Source of the DNA: Hypanus sabinus
Lineage: Eukaryota
Assembly: GCF_030144855.1 (NCBI RefSeq)
Contig: NC_082731.1
Coordinates: 10,168,001-10,232,000, forward strand
Length of the DNA: 64,000 bases
Direction of reading: 5' to 3'
Shown here: positions 63,630 to 64,000 of the stretch, one piece after another
How the letters are laid out: each line of letters starts with the position of its first letter
Position numbering within the stretch: the first letter of the stretch is position 1
Made by a program: the position numbers and the translations under genes
The notes under the pieces: generated by a model
Told to the model about the DNA's origin: nothing
The model's database searches: none
The model's input: the letters and a program-made list of their open reading frames with translations, nothing else

Positions 63630-64000
63630 GATGGATTAGCGTTTGTGAAATGTGCTCAGGAAAGTTTTCTAAATAAATATATTGATGTACTAACTAGGGT
63701 GGATGAAATATTGGATCTCCTATTAGGAAATGAGAGAGGGCAGGTGACGGAAGTATGTGTAGGGGAGCACTATGGTGCCAGCGATCATAACGTCACAACT
63801 TGAACATGGATAAATATAGATGTTGTCCTCTGGTTGAAGTTCTAAACTGGAAAAAAGGCCAAATTTGAAGAAATGAGAAAGGATCTAAAAAGCGTAGATT
63901 GGGACAGTTTGTTCTCTGGCAAAGATGTGATTGGTAAGTGAGAGGCCTTCAAAAGGAGAAATTTTGAGAGTGCGGTGTTTGTATGGTCCTGTCAGGGTAA
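63630..64000 (+). mobile_element. CR1 endonuclease-end fragment running off the window
   Basis: LDLLLGNE.GQVTEVCVGEHYGASDHN, NWKK, DWDSLFSGK. Confidence 0.85.

Overview
Repeat-dense vertebrate genomic DNA. The gene content and repeat families point to a cartilaginous fish, probably a ray or skate (inference). The main feature is one apparently intact IgNAR (heavy-chain-only antibody) cluster on the + strand. It has an octamer and TATA promoter (33973-34006), leader exon (34097-34139), a CDR2-less VNAR exon with no extra cysteines (34267-34541), two D segments, one J, a 14.6-kb J-C intron, and five constant exons C1-C5 with a secretory tail (50232-59756). All splice phases and the 12/23 RSS pairing are consistent. 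No transmembrane exon was found in the window. The rest is mostly retroelements: a full-length but decayed chromodomain Gypsy element with a 5-bp TSD and a self-priming signature, a young 5'-truncated L1 with a perfect 12-bp TSD, many CR1, Rex1/Babar, R4/Rex6-like and Penelope-like fragments (one an inverted repeat carrying hammerhead motifs), and SINEs. There is one 135-N assembly gap. Most ORFs in the supplied track are repeat fragments or noise. Repeat boundaries are approximate unless a TSD or terminal motif is given.
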